Below are positions 1 through 12,613 of a stretch of DNA of 64,000 bases, in pieces; within the stretch, counting starts at the first letter, position 1, and the number at the start of each line of letters is the position of its first letter. Below the pieces are notes generated by a model that was not told where the DNA came from, did no database searches, and worked only from the letters and a program-made list of their open reading frames with translations. The stretch is from Podarcis liolepis (taxonomy: Eukaryota): NCBI GenBank assembly GCA_965112155.1, contig OZ218099.1. The stretch is one strand, 5' to 3'. The position numbers and the translations under genes are program-made.

Positions 1-844
1 ACGGGAGCAATTAAATGGAGGTATTAAATGACCTTTGTATTGCCAGTTTGGGGCACAAGGGGCTGAATTCTTACTCTCTAGAGCTGAAGGCATGAGTTTT
101 TAGTACGTTGGATATATAGTCACGATGACTCCCGCACAGTAGCAAACAGCAGCTTCCTTTTTTTGGATGCTTTAAATGAAAAAAGTGCAAAGCTAGTAAC
201 GCGAATAATGGCTTTCTGGCCTATCTGATGGATCTGTGCACTCAACTGCTAGGAAACAGCCTCCCCCCCCCCACCCCCAATGTGTCCACCGGAGCAGAAA
301 AGCCTGCAGGCAATTATGCATGAAGCCAGCAAGGAGGACACTGCCTGGTTTTCAGTTCCAGGCTGAATTTTGAGATTTGCAATCCTGGTAGTTACGCATC
401 ATCTGCATGTAGTATAAAACACACCCCATACCAGATGGCAAGGGGTGTTTTTTTTTAAAAAAAGAACAATTGGAATGTTTTTTAGTCATTGCAATGATTG
501 GTTACTCTTCCTCTTTCTCATGAAAGAAAGGAGAGCAGTTGAATTAAGTGCTAAATTGCTTTTTTAAAAAAGCCTTTTGGGCCGGGAGGTCATGAAGGGG
601 CTTTGCATTTCATACTCAAGTTAAGAGCTGAGGAGTCTTGATGGGTGTTGGGGTGGTGGCAGTGATGATCAGTCCAGGGAGCCTAGCTGCCTTCCTTGCC
701 ACACAAGCCCCATTCTTTACATTGCAGCTTTAGTGGTCCAGAACATGTGTGTATGTGCATTTATTTCATTTGTTGACACTATCAGGATATACAATTTGTA
801 AATATATGTCATTAATTTATTTCACTATACTATACCAATGTGAT

Positions 845-1191
845 GGGACGTGGGTGGCGCTGTGGTCTAAACCACAGAGCCTAGGGTTGGTGGTCTGAAT
901 CCCCACGACGGGGTGAGCTCCCGTTGCTCAGTCCCAGCTCCTGCCAACCTAGCAGTTTGAAAGCACGTCAAAGTGCAAGTAGATAAATAGGTACCACTCC
1001 AGCGGGAAGGTAAATGGCGCTTCTGTGCGCTGCTCTGGTTCGCCAGAAGTGGCTTCGTCATGCTGGCCACATGACCCGGAAGCTGTCTGCGGTCAAACAC
1101 CAGCTCTCTTGGCCAGTAAAGCGAGATGAGCGCCACAACCCCAGAGTCGTCTGCGACTGGACCTGATGGTCAGGGGTCCCTTTACCTTTAC
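845..1191 (+). mobile_element. Sauria SINE (Squam1-type; tRNA head, Bov-B/RTE-related tail), near full length
   Basis: Starts GGGACGTGGGTGGCGCTGTGGTCTAAACC and ends in an (ACCTTT)n tail. A perfect 15-bp TSD, CTATACCAATGTGAT, lies at 830-844 and 1192-1206. It has a small deletion before the B box relative to the other copies. Confidence 0.93.
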
Positions 1192-4100
1192 CTATACCAA
1201 TGTGATAAAACAAAAGGTCCCATGGGACATTTCAAACCCACCTTTTAATTGCAGAAGTGATCTCCTCGGGATGAAGCTGAACTAATAATTAATTGCATAA
1301 TTATTTAATAATTCAGTTTATTCCTTGTACATCCCACCTCATCCCAAGGGCTTGGGGCAGGTTTAAAAAAATGTTATTGCTAACTGCAACTCCCCCTCTA
1401 ATTGCAGTGACTCAATCACACACAAAGTAATTTTTTGGAAGGCGGGGGAATCTTAGAATGATTCCTACAGCTGGGCTTTGGCAAATTTCCAGGAGAAGGA
1501 ATTTTGGAGTTGGGGAGGTGGCAGAGGAGAATCAGACACTGGGAACGACTCTCCAGTTTCATGTGCTGCAGGTCTAGATCTGGAATGAATTGTCTACCAA
1601 TTGGCCTTCCAACTAATTCATGCTGAAATATGGAGGAATCTCTGTCTATTCCCCCACCCTCCTGGTAATTGGTTACTCTTCCGGAAGTATCTGAGGTTCT
1701 GTACCATGTGACAGTGTACATGTTGCTTGAAACACCTGAATTGATCTGGTTACACATATTCCTTCCCCCACAATCTCTACCCACACAGTGCTTTAGTTAT
1801 CTTTTCTTTCTGCTTGTGGATACTCCATAATCAGTATTTAAATTAACAAAAAACATTTCTGCATTGTATTGATTAGTACATTGCACTCCACCATTCCTCC
1901 AACTTGGAGCACAATGCAGTGTACACAGGGTTCCCAGTCTGTCTCCCTAACCCACCTGCTGATGAAACCCATACCTCTTTAGCATGAATCTTAGCTAAGC
2001 CAGGAAGCCACTGGGACATTTTGTTAAGTCATTCCCTTTTAGCACCCCTATAAATATAACCTTTTTGTTTCTGCTGTAAAGATGATTGAGATTCTGTGTG
2101 TGGATTGCTTTTCAGCTCGGAGAAAATTTCATATACGTATATGTGGGTGTGGGTGTGTGTAAATATCACTCAGTAAAAGCCTGAGGACATGCTGTGGATA
2201 GTAAGCGAAAGAGAAGGAAGCAACTGAGGAGATTTGAGGAGTAGGTTGATGGAACCTGTTATCAAACAGGACCAAAAGGGCAGATTGCAGGGCGGGGGAT
2301 GGCAGAAGAACCACATGTTTGCTTCAAGAGAAGGGGGGTGTTGAAAGAGGATGGAAGTGGAGCAGGGGAGGATTAACCTCTGGTAAATAACAAAGGTCAC
2401 CAGTGGCAGAGACAAAGGTTTCTTTTGACATCTATGAAGTGATGTCCCTGCAGAGGTGGACCAGGCTCTGGCCTCAGAATACAAAGCCGCCAAATAATGC
2501 CTCTGTGGGAAATGGACCAAATGTCTTTTTCCCCCTCTCTACACAGATTTCAGTTTGAATTGGAATTAATTGTGGAAATGCTGTAGTGGAAAGTCGGCTT
2601 TGCTAATCAGGAAGTGAAGCTCACAAATTAGCAGTGCTGTGGTCAAGTGAATGTCAGACAGAGTAGCAGATAGCATCAAGTTATAGGGGAGAGACCAGTG
2701 TTATTATAATGGGCTTGGACCTGTGAGCCCTCAGTTTGAATTCCTCCTCAGCATGGTGAGGAGGAGTTACTGTGTTTCATCCTAGCATATGCTATGGTCC
2801 TTTTTGTGAATCCAGCGTAGCAATAGTGGGCAACAGAGCTTCTCCTTTATCTCCTCCTCCCTGCACCTGCATAATCTGGGGTTGGGGGACCCTACAGAGC
2901 AGATTTGGGGGGAAGCTGGCAGAGAGAAACCAGAAGTCCCATTGTGCTGCTTATTTCCATTGTAGAAGCTGGCAGACATCACTGGATGTCACCCAATATT
3001 AGAAAAGACTTGCAAGGCATTTTGTACACTAAAAGGTGAAAACTATGTATCCATTCACTCTTCCACAGGTTTTATTCAATCCCAGGGCACAGTTATCCCA
3101 TAACTGGGATATCCCATAAACAACAAAAAAGGGGGGAAATTGGTACATATGTATTTCCAGACACCTTGAATACTATAAAAGTCTGACAACAGGACACCCC
3201 CCCCCCAAATAACCAAGTTAAGTGACGAAACGTCTACCTCAGAAGTGGGAAACTCACCTGTGGCCCACAATATGTTGCCAAACTGCAGCTCCCCTCATCC
3301 CTGACTATTGGTCATGTTGGCTAGGGGTGATTCTTTTTTACTTATTCTTAAAAAAGAGAGACTGCATTTAAAGCATAAGTTTCAGAAAACACTAGACGAT
3401 GTGTCACATGGAGTAATTCACAAAAGAATTTTTAAAAACCCAATAAAGCCATGCAATATTAATTTAAATCTGCAAAATATTACTAAAACCCACACTAGGT
3501 AAGCAAGGAGAGTTTTAGTCATCCGCATCCAGAAGGCCACAGGTTCTCCACCTTGGGTTCATAGCAGAAGTATAGCAGCAAGGAAGCCACATTACCTGAG
3601 ACTAAGGACAAGATAGTATCTTCCTCCATTCCATGAACAAACGCTGACTAGACTGGTAGTCAGAATTGTATTTTGACGCTGGCAGTGGGACACCATTCTC
3701 TACTGAGTGGTGATGGGCTGTAGCTGAAAGCCGTGGGCTATTTCATTGGAAGATTAACTCTATCCCGCCTCTGGCATTCTCCAGCTTTTGAAAATAAGGT
3801 AAATAAATACTCTCTTCCTTAGTTTAGCATGCAGTGACCACTTCTCATTTGGGAAATTAAGTCTGCAGTCCTGAACAAATTGGATTTTTCCTATTAAGCA
3901 CAAATAGAACACCCAATATAACAACCCTAAAGAAACACACAAACATATAACCATCAGTGTTACATATAGCCACTTTGTGTTAGCCACTCTTTAGCACTTC
4001 ATTGCATGCGGGAGTCACCTTCAATGTACAAACTAATGTTTTATTTTATACGTGTTAAATATGCAGTTTAGGCTAGGGAGTGTCTCCAGAAGGACATATG

Positions 4101-4567
4101 TGAGTGTGATTGTGGGCGTGTCTGGGTTCTGAAAGTTAATATATGAAACAAAGAGCGGCCTGACTTCCTGAATGGTGTCACGTAGTATTTTGCCCTTAGC
4201 AAACCTCTTAAGTTGTTGTAGAGGCAAGTACCCGTACTTGATAACCCTTTTCCATTTGAGTAGGGTTGTGGTTTTTTGTTGTTGCTTAGAACCTTCCCAA
4301 ACTTGCCTCCTGTATCATTCCCCCTGCAGGGCATAAAGCAACTTGAGAGGATTTTTTAACAACAAAAAGGCTAGTGGGGAGCAGATTAGGAAGCCCATCC
4401 CCACGATGCTCATTTGTGGAAGATTATATCTGATCTTATAAAAAGAAAACAATCGGAATACGTCTACACTAGCCTCAGTGATGTGGCCCCTAAATAAGTT
4501 AATATTTGCCTTCTCCCTTAATGTTGTTTCTTCTGTTTTTATTATTGAGTAGCTCTATACTTACGGA

Positions 4568-5645
4568 CATAAAATGAGCCTGCTGGAGCAGGCCAATGGC
4601 TTATCTAACCCAGCATCCTGTTCTCACAGTGGCCAGCTCAGGCAGATGCCCTTGAAAAGCTTGCAAGCAGAACCTGATCAGAACAGCACTCCCTCCCCAC
4701 CCCCACCCCCACCTGCAGTTTCCCATCCACTGGCATATGGAGGCATGCTGCCTCTGATTGTGGAGCTGGAACATAGTTGTCATGGTTCGTTTGTCTGCTT
4801 TTTGAATTGGTCTAATCGTTAAAGCCTTCCAAGTTGGCGACCATCACTGCCTCTTGTGTGAGCAAATTCCATAGTTTAACTGTGCATTGTGTGAAGAAGG
4901 GCTTTCTTTGGTCTATCTTGAAACTTCCAATATTCAGCACCATTGGCTACCCACATGTTCAAGAGGCATGGGTAGGCAAACTAAGGCCGGGGGGCCGGAT
5001 CCGGCCCAATCGCCTTCTAAATCTGGCCTGCGGACGGTCTAGGAATCAGCGTGTTTTTACATGAATAGAATGTGTCCTTTTATTTAAAATGCATCTCTGG
5101 GTTATTTATGGGGCTTGCCTGGTCTTTTTACGTGAGTAGAATGTGTACTTTTATTTAAAATGCATCTCTGGGTTATTTGTGGGGCATAGGAATTTGTTCA
5201 TTTTCCCCCCTTTTCCTTTTCAAAATATAGTCTGGCCCCCCACAAGGTCTGAGGGACAGTGGACTGGCCCCCTGCTGGAAAAGTTTGCTGACCGCTGTTC
5301 AAGAGTTATGAGAGGTCCATGAGAACTTTTCCTTATCCACGTTTTCAGCACCATCAGACATGCCACCTTGCCCCTGCAATTGAGGGAGCTGGGGCCATGT
5401 GATGGAAGCACGCCTCCTCCTTGAAAATTCATGGGGGGGGGACCCTCGCCCCACTCCAGATGGCACACCAGAACACCATGCATAATTTACACACTGATAT
5501 CATATCTCCTCATATATAGTTTTCTCTAAACAGCTTCATAGAGGAGTTGCTCCAACTCCGTGATGATTTTGTTTGCCCTTTTCTGAACATCTTCCAGCTC
5601 CACAATATCCTTTTTCAAGTGAGGTGACCAGAATTGTACTTCAAA
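4568..5645 (-). mobile_element. Degenerate CR1-type LINE 3' fragment, interrupted by a hAT MITE
   Basis: CATAAAATGAGCCTGCTGGAGCAGGCCAATGG resembles the reverse complement of a reptile CR1 tail, and GACCAGAATTGTAC near 5630 resembles antisense CR1 RT sequence. Boundaries are approximate. Confidence 0.55.
4967..5297. mobile_element. Non-autonomous hAT DNA transposon (MITE)
   Basis: Imperfect TIRs CATGGGTAGGCAAACT / AGTTTGCTGACCGCTG, GGCCC subterminal motifs, 8-bp duplication TTCAAGAG (4958-4965, 5298-5305; one extra G on the left) and an internal ~62-bp tandem duplication. Confidence 0.8.
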
Positions 5646-6371
5646 TGTGATTGATTTGTGTAGATTATTATATTTATATTATAAGCTAATGGTATAATAT
5701 TGGCTTTAACTTTTTATCAACAAAGAACAGAGAGGGTCAGTCTGTGATATTAAATTGGCCGTTGGGATTCTGCCACAGAATAAGCATGAACAAAAACTTG
5801 AACAAAAAATGGATAATCACCTAGGATATAATTGAAACCTGTTGACAAGTCTAAGTGAAATATGGAAAGATTTTCAATAAGTTCTTTTGAAAAAGGATTA
5901 TAGCACTTCCTTTGTTGTCTTCTCTGTGCTCTTCATTCTTTTCTTTTAAAGAAGTCATGTTATCTAGCTATGGATCTTATTGCCAATGTAGGTTAAAGTT
6001 ACGGGTGATACTGCTATGATAGGAATAGTAATTAAGAATTTGCTTTATTTTATTAAAATGGCCCAAATGATGCAAAACAGCAGCAGGGCATTATATTTTT
6101 ACTTCCTGATATAGTACTGCAAAGGCAAGAAAGAGGAGGGTGAACAAGCTACTTTGCATACTCAAGCCACAACTTCTTTTGTTCCTACCTACATGGGGAG
6201 AGCACTTGAGTTAAGAGAAAGCAATAGGCCTGAGCTGTTTCATGTGATTTACGGGTCCAATGTATAGTGAGAAGCAGGATGTCAAGCACGCCCTCAGGAA
6301 CAACTCACAACTGAGTCAACCTGAAGTGAATGCTACATCCCATCCCCATTTGTTCCGTCTTTTGTTTCTAG

Positions 6372-6431
6372 GCAACAGGCTGGGGAGCAGAAGCACACTT
6401 CTGGAGCCTGCTTTTCCTCCATTTTCAGTTG
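6372..6431 (+). other. SLC16A3: Candidate non-coding 5' exon of SLC16A3
   Basis: Pyrimidine tract plus TTTCTAG at 6365-6371, donor TTG|GTAAGG at 6431/6432, no ATG inside, and an AP-1 motif TGAGTCA at 6312-6318. Based on splice signals only. Confidence 0.35.
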
Positions 6432-6949
6432 GTAAGGTTACCCTGTATTTGTGTGTTGGTTTGTAAATATGCGCTTGTGTGAATGAGGACTGAGGGGAAG
6501 CTACTTGGCTGCATCAGTACATACGACTTCTTTGCCAAGTGCTACAATCTGATGGCTATGATCAACCCAGAGAGAGAGGTCAAGAGTACAGCCTGCATAT
6601 ACGTTTGTGTGTTTTTAACCAACGTTGAAAATAACGCCTTTTTTTAAATACATAGGGACAGTGCTGCTTGTAAATGTTAATATGCGATCTAAAGGGCGTG
6701 CATTTGTTGATGTTTTTAAAAACTGTGTGTATATTCCAGCAGGTGTAGGTTTTATATTCAGATTGCAGGCAAGGAGAATTGGGGGAATAAAGGGGTGGGG
6801 GGTGGAGAAGCTTGTGAAAACGTCTCACAAGGCAGTAATGCGCTTGTTTCCGGCCTTTTATTGTGCACGTGCTCTCTCTCTCTCTCTATGGGTAGCTCTC
6901 GCCAAGAGGAATATTATATTCTAAAAGTAGCCATTGGTCGCTTAGTCGG

Positions 6950-8230
6950 TGCAGTTGCAACAAGAAGTAAAGGCGAGGCAGGGTTGGCTGCAGATGACCT
7001 TAGGCAACCGCTGTTGCCAGATCAACGTTTGAAAAATAAGACGCCCGGTGGCAGTTTGGGAAGCCGCCTTCTATGTATTCTGTGGAATGGACCATGGAGC
7101 TCGGGGATGTTCTGTATTCTGGCAGTCTGATCCATCGCGTTACGCTACCCAAACTGAAGAGCCCGGGAGGCTGAATTTAAAAACCGTCCTCACTGAATTT
7201 GCTTCGGCCCGTTAAGAGCACGGCTCCAAAAAGCAGTGAGTTCAGTTCTCTCCCTCCTTTCATATAAATGGATTGAATCATAAGGGTTATAAATCATTTA
7301 AATGTATAACGGCGGTGTTCTTGTTGGAAACGCCATCTAGAGCAGATATTAAAAAAAGGCGCGTGGGTCGTCTTGGCTGCAAAGCCATTAAACTTTCAGA
7401 GGCTTGCGCCTTACTTTCTTAACAGCCAGAGGGGGTAACAGAATAATTTGATTTCCTTCAGATCGACCAATGGTGCTTGGATTATTATAAGGGAGAGGAG
7501 TCGTCCCCCGCCCCCCACGCGACTTTTCTCCTCTAAATAGCCTTATTATGTGACCACTTAACGGCTCCGGGGTTGGTAACGGCATATAGCTGATGATCGG
7601 ACAGAGTTGTTCTTGTTTGGCTGTTTTAATTATAACTTGACCCCAATTAGATATTGCCAAGCGTTGCATCCGCGTGCGTGTTTGCTGGTTCTGAAGCAGG
7701 TTTCGCGCTATCGAGATAACGATCTTAAAATCGGTTTCGAGGGAGAATGTGTGCGTTGATTTCCCCCTCCTACAGATGGCTGAGGCTACGCGCGCTTTCT
7801 CGGCAGGGAATGCAATACTATACTAGAGCAAGTGCTCCGCTCTCTCTCTCCCCGGCTCAACCACGAGGTGAGCGCGTGTATTTCTTGGTAATTGCAGCCG
7901 GCACTTCCGGTCTGCCCCTCTGTCACGTCCTGCACGTCTGCATGCGGGAAGACGTCCCCAAGTGCTCTAGCCAGCCTGTGCCAGCAGCCCTCGTGGTCTG
8001 GGGGTGGAGGCTCCGGGGTGGAGCCAAAGCCCCATTGGAACCGCATTCCAAGCGGAGCCCCCTCCGCCCTCAGATGTGCCTCCTCCTCTCAGATGCTCTC
8101 CTGGATCCACCGTGATCCTCGTAAGAGGTTTCTGCTACTAGATGCCGCACCTTTGCACCTTTGCATTAAAAAATGCAGACTTTACCCCTTGCACTGCTTG
8201 ATCTTTGGTGTGTAAGTTTTCCCCACGTGC
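6950..8230 (+). promoter_or_regulatory. SLC16A3: CpG-enriched promoter / first-exon region of SLC16A3
   Basis: CpG is visibly enriched against the flanks. Strong donor GAG|GTGAGC at 7867/7868, ETS motif ACTTCCGG at 7903-7910, tandem HRE cores CACGT at 7924-7928 and 7933-7937, E-box CACGTG at 8224-8229. The first coding exon has a splice acceptor 20 nt before its ATG, so an upstream non-coding exon is required. Confidence 0.65.
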
Positions 8231-8913
8231 CTGTGTGTGTGTGTTTGTGTGTTTATCCGACTGGCAACTGCGAGCATTTAATGCATCGGATGAAGTGGGT
8301 TGTACTGGTTCACGAAATTTTATTTTAACACTTTTTTAAACACTTTTATTTAAATAAAACAAAGTTAGGTATGAAATAGACAATCAAGAAAAATACAGGT
8401 AGAATAACACTACAACAACATATTTTATGCCACACTATATTTGTTGGTGTTTAAGGTATCTTAAGACTGGTGGTTTTTTAAATGGCACAGTGAAGCCTTT
8501 GGTAAGTTGTCTACCTCCTATTCTGTGAGCCTGTGAAGTCCTTAAAGGAAAGCAGTGATTCTTTTCTAAAATGAGGGGTGCTCCAGCCACCCTTGAAATC
8601 CCATTTTTGACCCAAATCCTGCTCCCTATTTGCAAGTGGATGAGGGCACCCATTTCAGGGATATATAATCCCTGCATGTCTTCACAGGCATATAGTCCTG
8701 ACATTCACAATAGCTGCTAGTAGAGCTTCGCTGTAAGCAAGCCCTGACTCTAGCCCTGCATGCAGGACTGGCCTTTGGGAATTTTGAAGGTCATGTGCAA
8801 AGTGGGCACTGATGTACCCCTATATGATGTTATAGAGGAGATAAAATTCTAGTTGCTTTAAAAATGAGGTCCAATTAAACAACCTCCACCCAAGGCTAAT
8901 GCTTAGTACATTA

Positions 8914-9012
8914 CAGATAGGTAGCCGTGTTGGAAGTGTGCATGCACACGAAAGCTCATACCAATAACAAACGTAGTTGTCTCTAAGGTGCTACTGGAAG
9001 GAATTTTTTTTT
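8914..9012 (+). mobile_element. Penelope-like element terminal remnant
   Basis: GAAGTGTGCATGCACACGAAAGCTCATACC...TCTCTAAGGTGCTACTGG matches the reptile Penelope pLTR pattern as I recall it, flanked by the 7-bp repeat TACATTA (8907-8913, 9013-9019). Confidence 0.65.
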
Positions 9013-10902
9013 TACATTAATCCAGTCCCTCTCATTCAGTGTCAATGTACACCACCTGTAACTCTTTCTTACCTAGTAGACTGGAATTAATATGCCTTTA
9101 AAAGAACCCTCCTGTTCTTTCTATTGGAATATTCTTTCAGTGCCAGTAGCGTGCTGGTCACTGTGCAGAGAGCACAAACATTACATAACTCTGCTTTGAA
9201 ATGGCCGTGCTTTATTGCGTAATAACACCACAGCTCTGCAGTACGTACAGGAGAGTCAGCGTTGGCGTTATGAGATGGAGTGCTGAAATTGGTCAGGCAG
9301 ATGCAGGTTTTAAATCTCTGCTCAACCATAAAGCTCATTGCATGACCTTGGGGCAGTCCCTGCTCCTGTTTACAGAGACAACGGGGAGGAAAAAAACAAT
9401 GCCCGTGCGGTACCTGAACTCCCTGGGGGTATGTGTGCAATAAAAGTGGAACTAAAGCCCCCTGCTCAGCACAATCTGCACAGAGATTTTCCTTGTAGGA
9501 TAAGGATGCCAGGAGCTACAAGTCATGATGGTTTTGTGTACTGCTTCCAATATTGGATGTGGTACCCCATCAGAGACTGCGGATCACTCTTTGTGTGGTA
9601 CTAATGTGCTGCTCACCTGGTTGGCCGTTGCGAGAAAAAGGTGCTAGGCTAGATGGGCCATTGGCCGGATCCAGCGGGGCTCTTCTTATTGTCCTTAATA
9701 TTCTCAATATGTGCACACTTCCTTGGAAGCATGTCCCATGATAATGGCTGGGATTTTCTTCTAATTAAGCATGCATAGGCTGTAAGAGTTGTACTGGACC
9801 CCAAAAGCAAAATACAACAAAACAAAACAAAAAGCCAGACTTGTTGAAGGAGCTGCATAGTCTGGGGAATACATTAGGACTTAGATCTCTAAATAGATTT
9901 TTCCCCCCCGTTTGCTTTTTAATTGTACTGTGCAGTAGCAACATTCTGGCCACCAAAATATAATGGATGAATGAGGAAAAACCAGAAGTCAGCTTTTCTT
10001 TTCATACATTACGCTCATTTGTGTTAAGATGCTTCTATATCTCCAGGCACCAGAAATATGCTCCCCACCTCTGGGGTTTGGGAAAATCCTGGGTGGCTTT
10101 TCCAAATTTTACAACCCCTGAAGCTTTCGTTGATTAAAGTAGTGGCAGGTAGTGGACACAGCTGTTCTCCTCTACAGTGAGATTTTGAGCCACTGTTGCT
10201 TATTATGAATTGTCTCTTTTTTGGCACTGGTAAAGAACAACTTGATATAACAGAATCTGTATGGGGAACAATAAAGGAAAATGTCTTTAGTTCTGGATTA
10301 AAGCAAATCCCATGTGTCATTCCTCTTTAAAAATGTGTTTCTTGAATTAAACTCTCCTAGGAATAGGCTTAGCCTTAATTGGAAAATGGCATCAGTGTTC
10401 TGCTGAAATCCACATGGGAGTTCATAATTCATTTTCATTTAATGTGTTAAATGAGAGACAAATCACACAAATTAATGAACTCCCATATAATTGTCTTGGC
10501 AAGGATATGCACAGTAGAAAATTAGTGTTGCATGATTTGGAGGGGGAAATGGGCAGGGATTTATAGGTAGACAATTCTGGTAAAGGCCAGAGTTTCTGGT
10601 TACACATTACACCAATTCTTATTCCTGTAGAGGACATTTGTTGCACAATCTTAGACTGTCTGCTCAGAAGCCCCATTCAGTTCAATGGCACTGGGTACTG
10701 TATTGCAACCTCAGTACCTTATTCGTAGGCAGAGGAGAAAATGAGTTGGAAGATGAGGAAGGAGAAAATGAGCTGATTTAAAGGAAAGGAAAGGTGGAAC
10801 ATTCACATTTTATAAGGTAAAACCTGGAAGTTGAGTTGAAGATGAAACAAAGGAGGATGGGGAATAGGGACGTTTTTGAATGATAAGATGGGTGATATAA
10901 CA

Positions 10903-11198
10903 CAGGGATGTCCTGCGATCTACTCCCACTATAAAAAAAACTGGCAATGATCTACCCATTGGATTGACCAAAGTTGTTGAGCTTTTTTTTTGGGGGGGAG
11001 GCAAAGTTGCTGAGCTATTTTGGGGGAGACAACAACAAAGTTGCTGAGCTATTTTGGGGGAGAAATCGCCTAAGTTGTTGAGCTTTTTTATTTTTTTATT
11101 GGGGGGGCCATCACTCAGGATCACACGATAGACCAGGATTGACCAGGGATGCCCCGTGATTGACCGGTAGATCGCAATCAGCCGGATGGACATGCCTG
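10903..11198. mobile_element. Non-autonomous hAT MITE with internal minisatellite
   Basis: TIRs CAGGGATGTCC / GGACATGCCTG, perfect 8-bp TSD ATATAACA (10895-10902, 11199-11206), four internal copies of AAGTTGYTGAGCTWTTTT(GGGGG). Confidence 0.88.
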
Positions 11199-12320
11199 AT
11201 ATAACAGATAAAAGAAGAGCAGGGAATGAAAATTTATAATCCCACAACTGTAGCAGATGTTAGCAGATCATTCCTGCTTCCCCATCTCTCAAATGTTTAT
11301 TGTACCCTTCTGGCTGAAAACAGACCCTCAAGGGATCACCTCACATGTGTGTGTTCTCTTTCTCTGGTAATTAGGGGAGGCCCAGCTCTAAATATCCTGA
11401 CTGTCAGGAGCAAAGCTGGTACCCGCCACCCAAGAAATTAATGTAAAATGAAATGAAAAACAGAACAATCAACTATCAGTACAATTTAAAAAGCAGAACA
11501 CTAAAGAACAAATAGGTAAAGGGACCCCTGACAATTACGGTAAGTCCAGTTGCAAACGACTCTGATACTAAATCCCTCTGAAATAATCGGGCTTTTAATG
11601 TTTTCATTAAAGTTGTGAATCTGAGGAAACTGAGTAGATAGCAAGTTCCATAGGATAGAAGGTACCAGATACATTCCTGACCCTAAGCACGTACGTGTGT
11701 GTGTGTGTCTATGCATATATGAGGTGATACCTAATGTATCCTGGATCCAGACCATTATGGCCTGAAAGGTTAAGACTCCACACTGGCAAAAAGTTAGAAA
11801 CCACTGGAGCTCTTTCAGAATGGATGAGGTAACACACTTTTTGCAGTTAGCACTTGCAAAACACAGGGCAGTTGCACATCCTATCACCTTAAATGTTCCA
11901 AAGTATTCATTAAAGCAGCCCTAAGGCAGTCCTTTCTTTTCACAGCCAGTGATTTAAACAGCATGAAGTGTAGATGAAGGGGGGAGAGCAGGAGAAAAGT
12001 CTCATTACTAAGACTGTGCCACGCAAAAACACCAATTCCCCATAATTTCTCCAGCGCCAAGATATTCTTCTGTTTTGAAAGACTGTCCCCTTCCCTCAAT
12101 GACCCAACTATCAGCTGCTGGCTTACCTGAAGAGGCGAGCAAGAAAACAATGCACAGTGGTTGAATACAGGTCAGAGATCATCATCTTGCTGCATTGCTA
12201 GAAGTCAGATAGCGTTGTACTTCAGAAGTATCCTAGCTAGAGGATTTTCAGGGATGAAGATTACTCCTGGGGATGAAGGATAGGATGGCAAAATATCCAG
12301 TTGAAGGAAATCCCTTAAGT

Positions 12321-12613
12321 CAGGAGTTCCCAAAGGGTTTCATTCAGGTGGTCCATGGCGTGTCCACATTATTCATTCATTCATTCCATTTTTGTTGCTT
12401 CTTTTATTTGTTGTATTTTATTATATTACAATTTATATTCCACAGAATTTAAATTGTAATACAGAGTAGGAAGTAAAAGCAGCACCTAGCAAAGTGCAAC
12501 ACCATTACCACAAAAGACAGAAAAATCTTTCAGTGATCTGCTGAGGCCCACAGCAATTTTGTAGTGGTCTGCGGGGCTGGGGTGGGGGTGGGCAAAGAGG
12601 TTGGGAGCCACTG
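12321..12613. mobile_element. Non-autonomous hAT MITE
   Basis: Ends CAGGAGTTCCCAA / TTGGGAGCCACTG with perfect 8-bp TSD CCTTAAGT (12313-12320, 12614-12621). Confidence 0.75.

Noticed and set aside
867-1136. Recurrent peptide LPGHVASMTKPLLA in ORFs at 867, 16063, 17569 and 43422
   Set aside because: It is the antisense translation of Sauria SINE copies, not a gene family.
10968-11108. CRISPR-like spaced repeats
   Set aside because: The context is eukaryotic, there are no unique spacers, and it is a minisatellite inside a hAT MITE.
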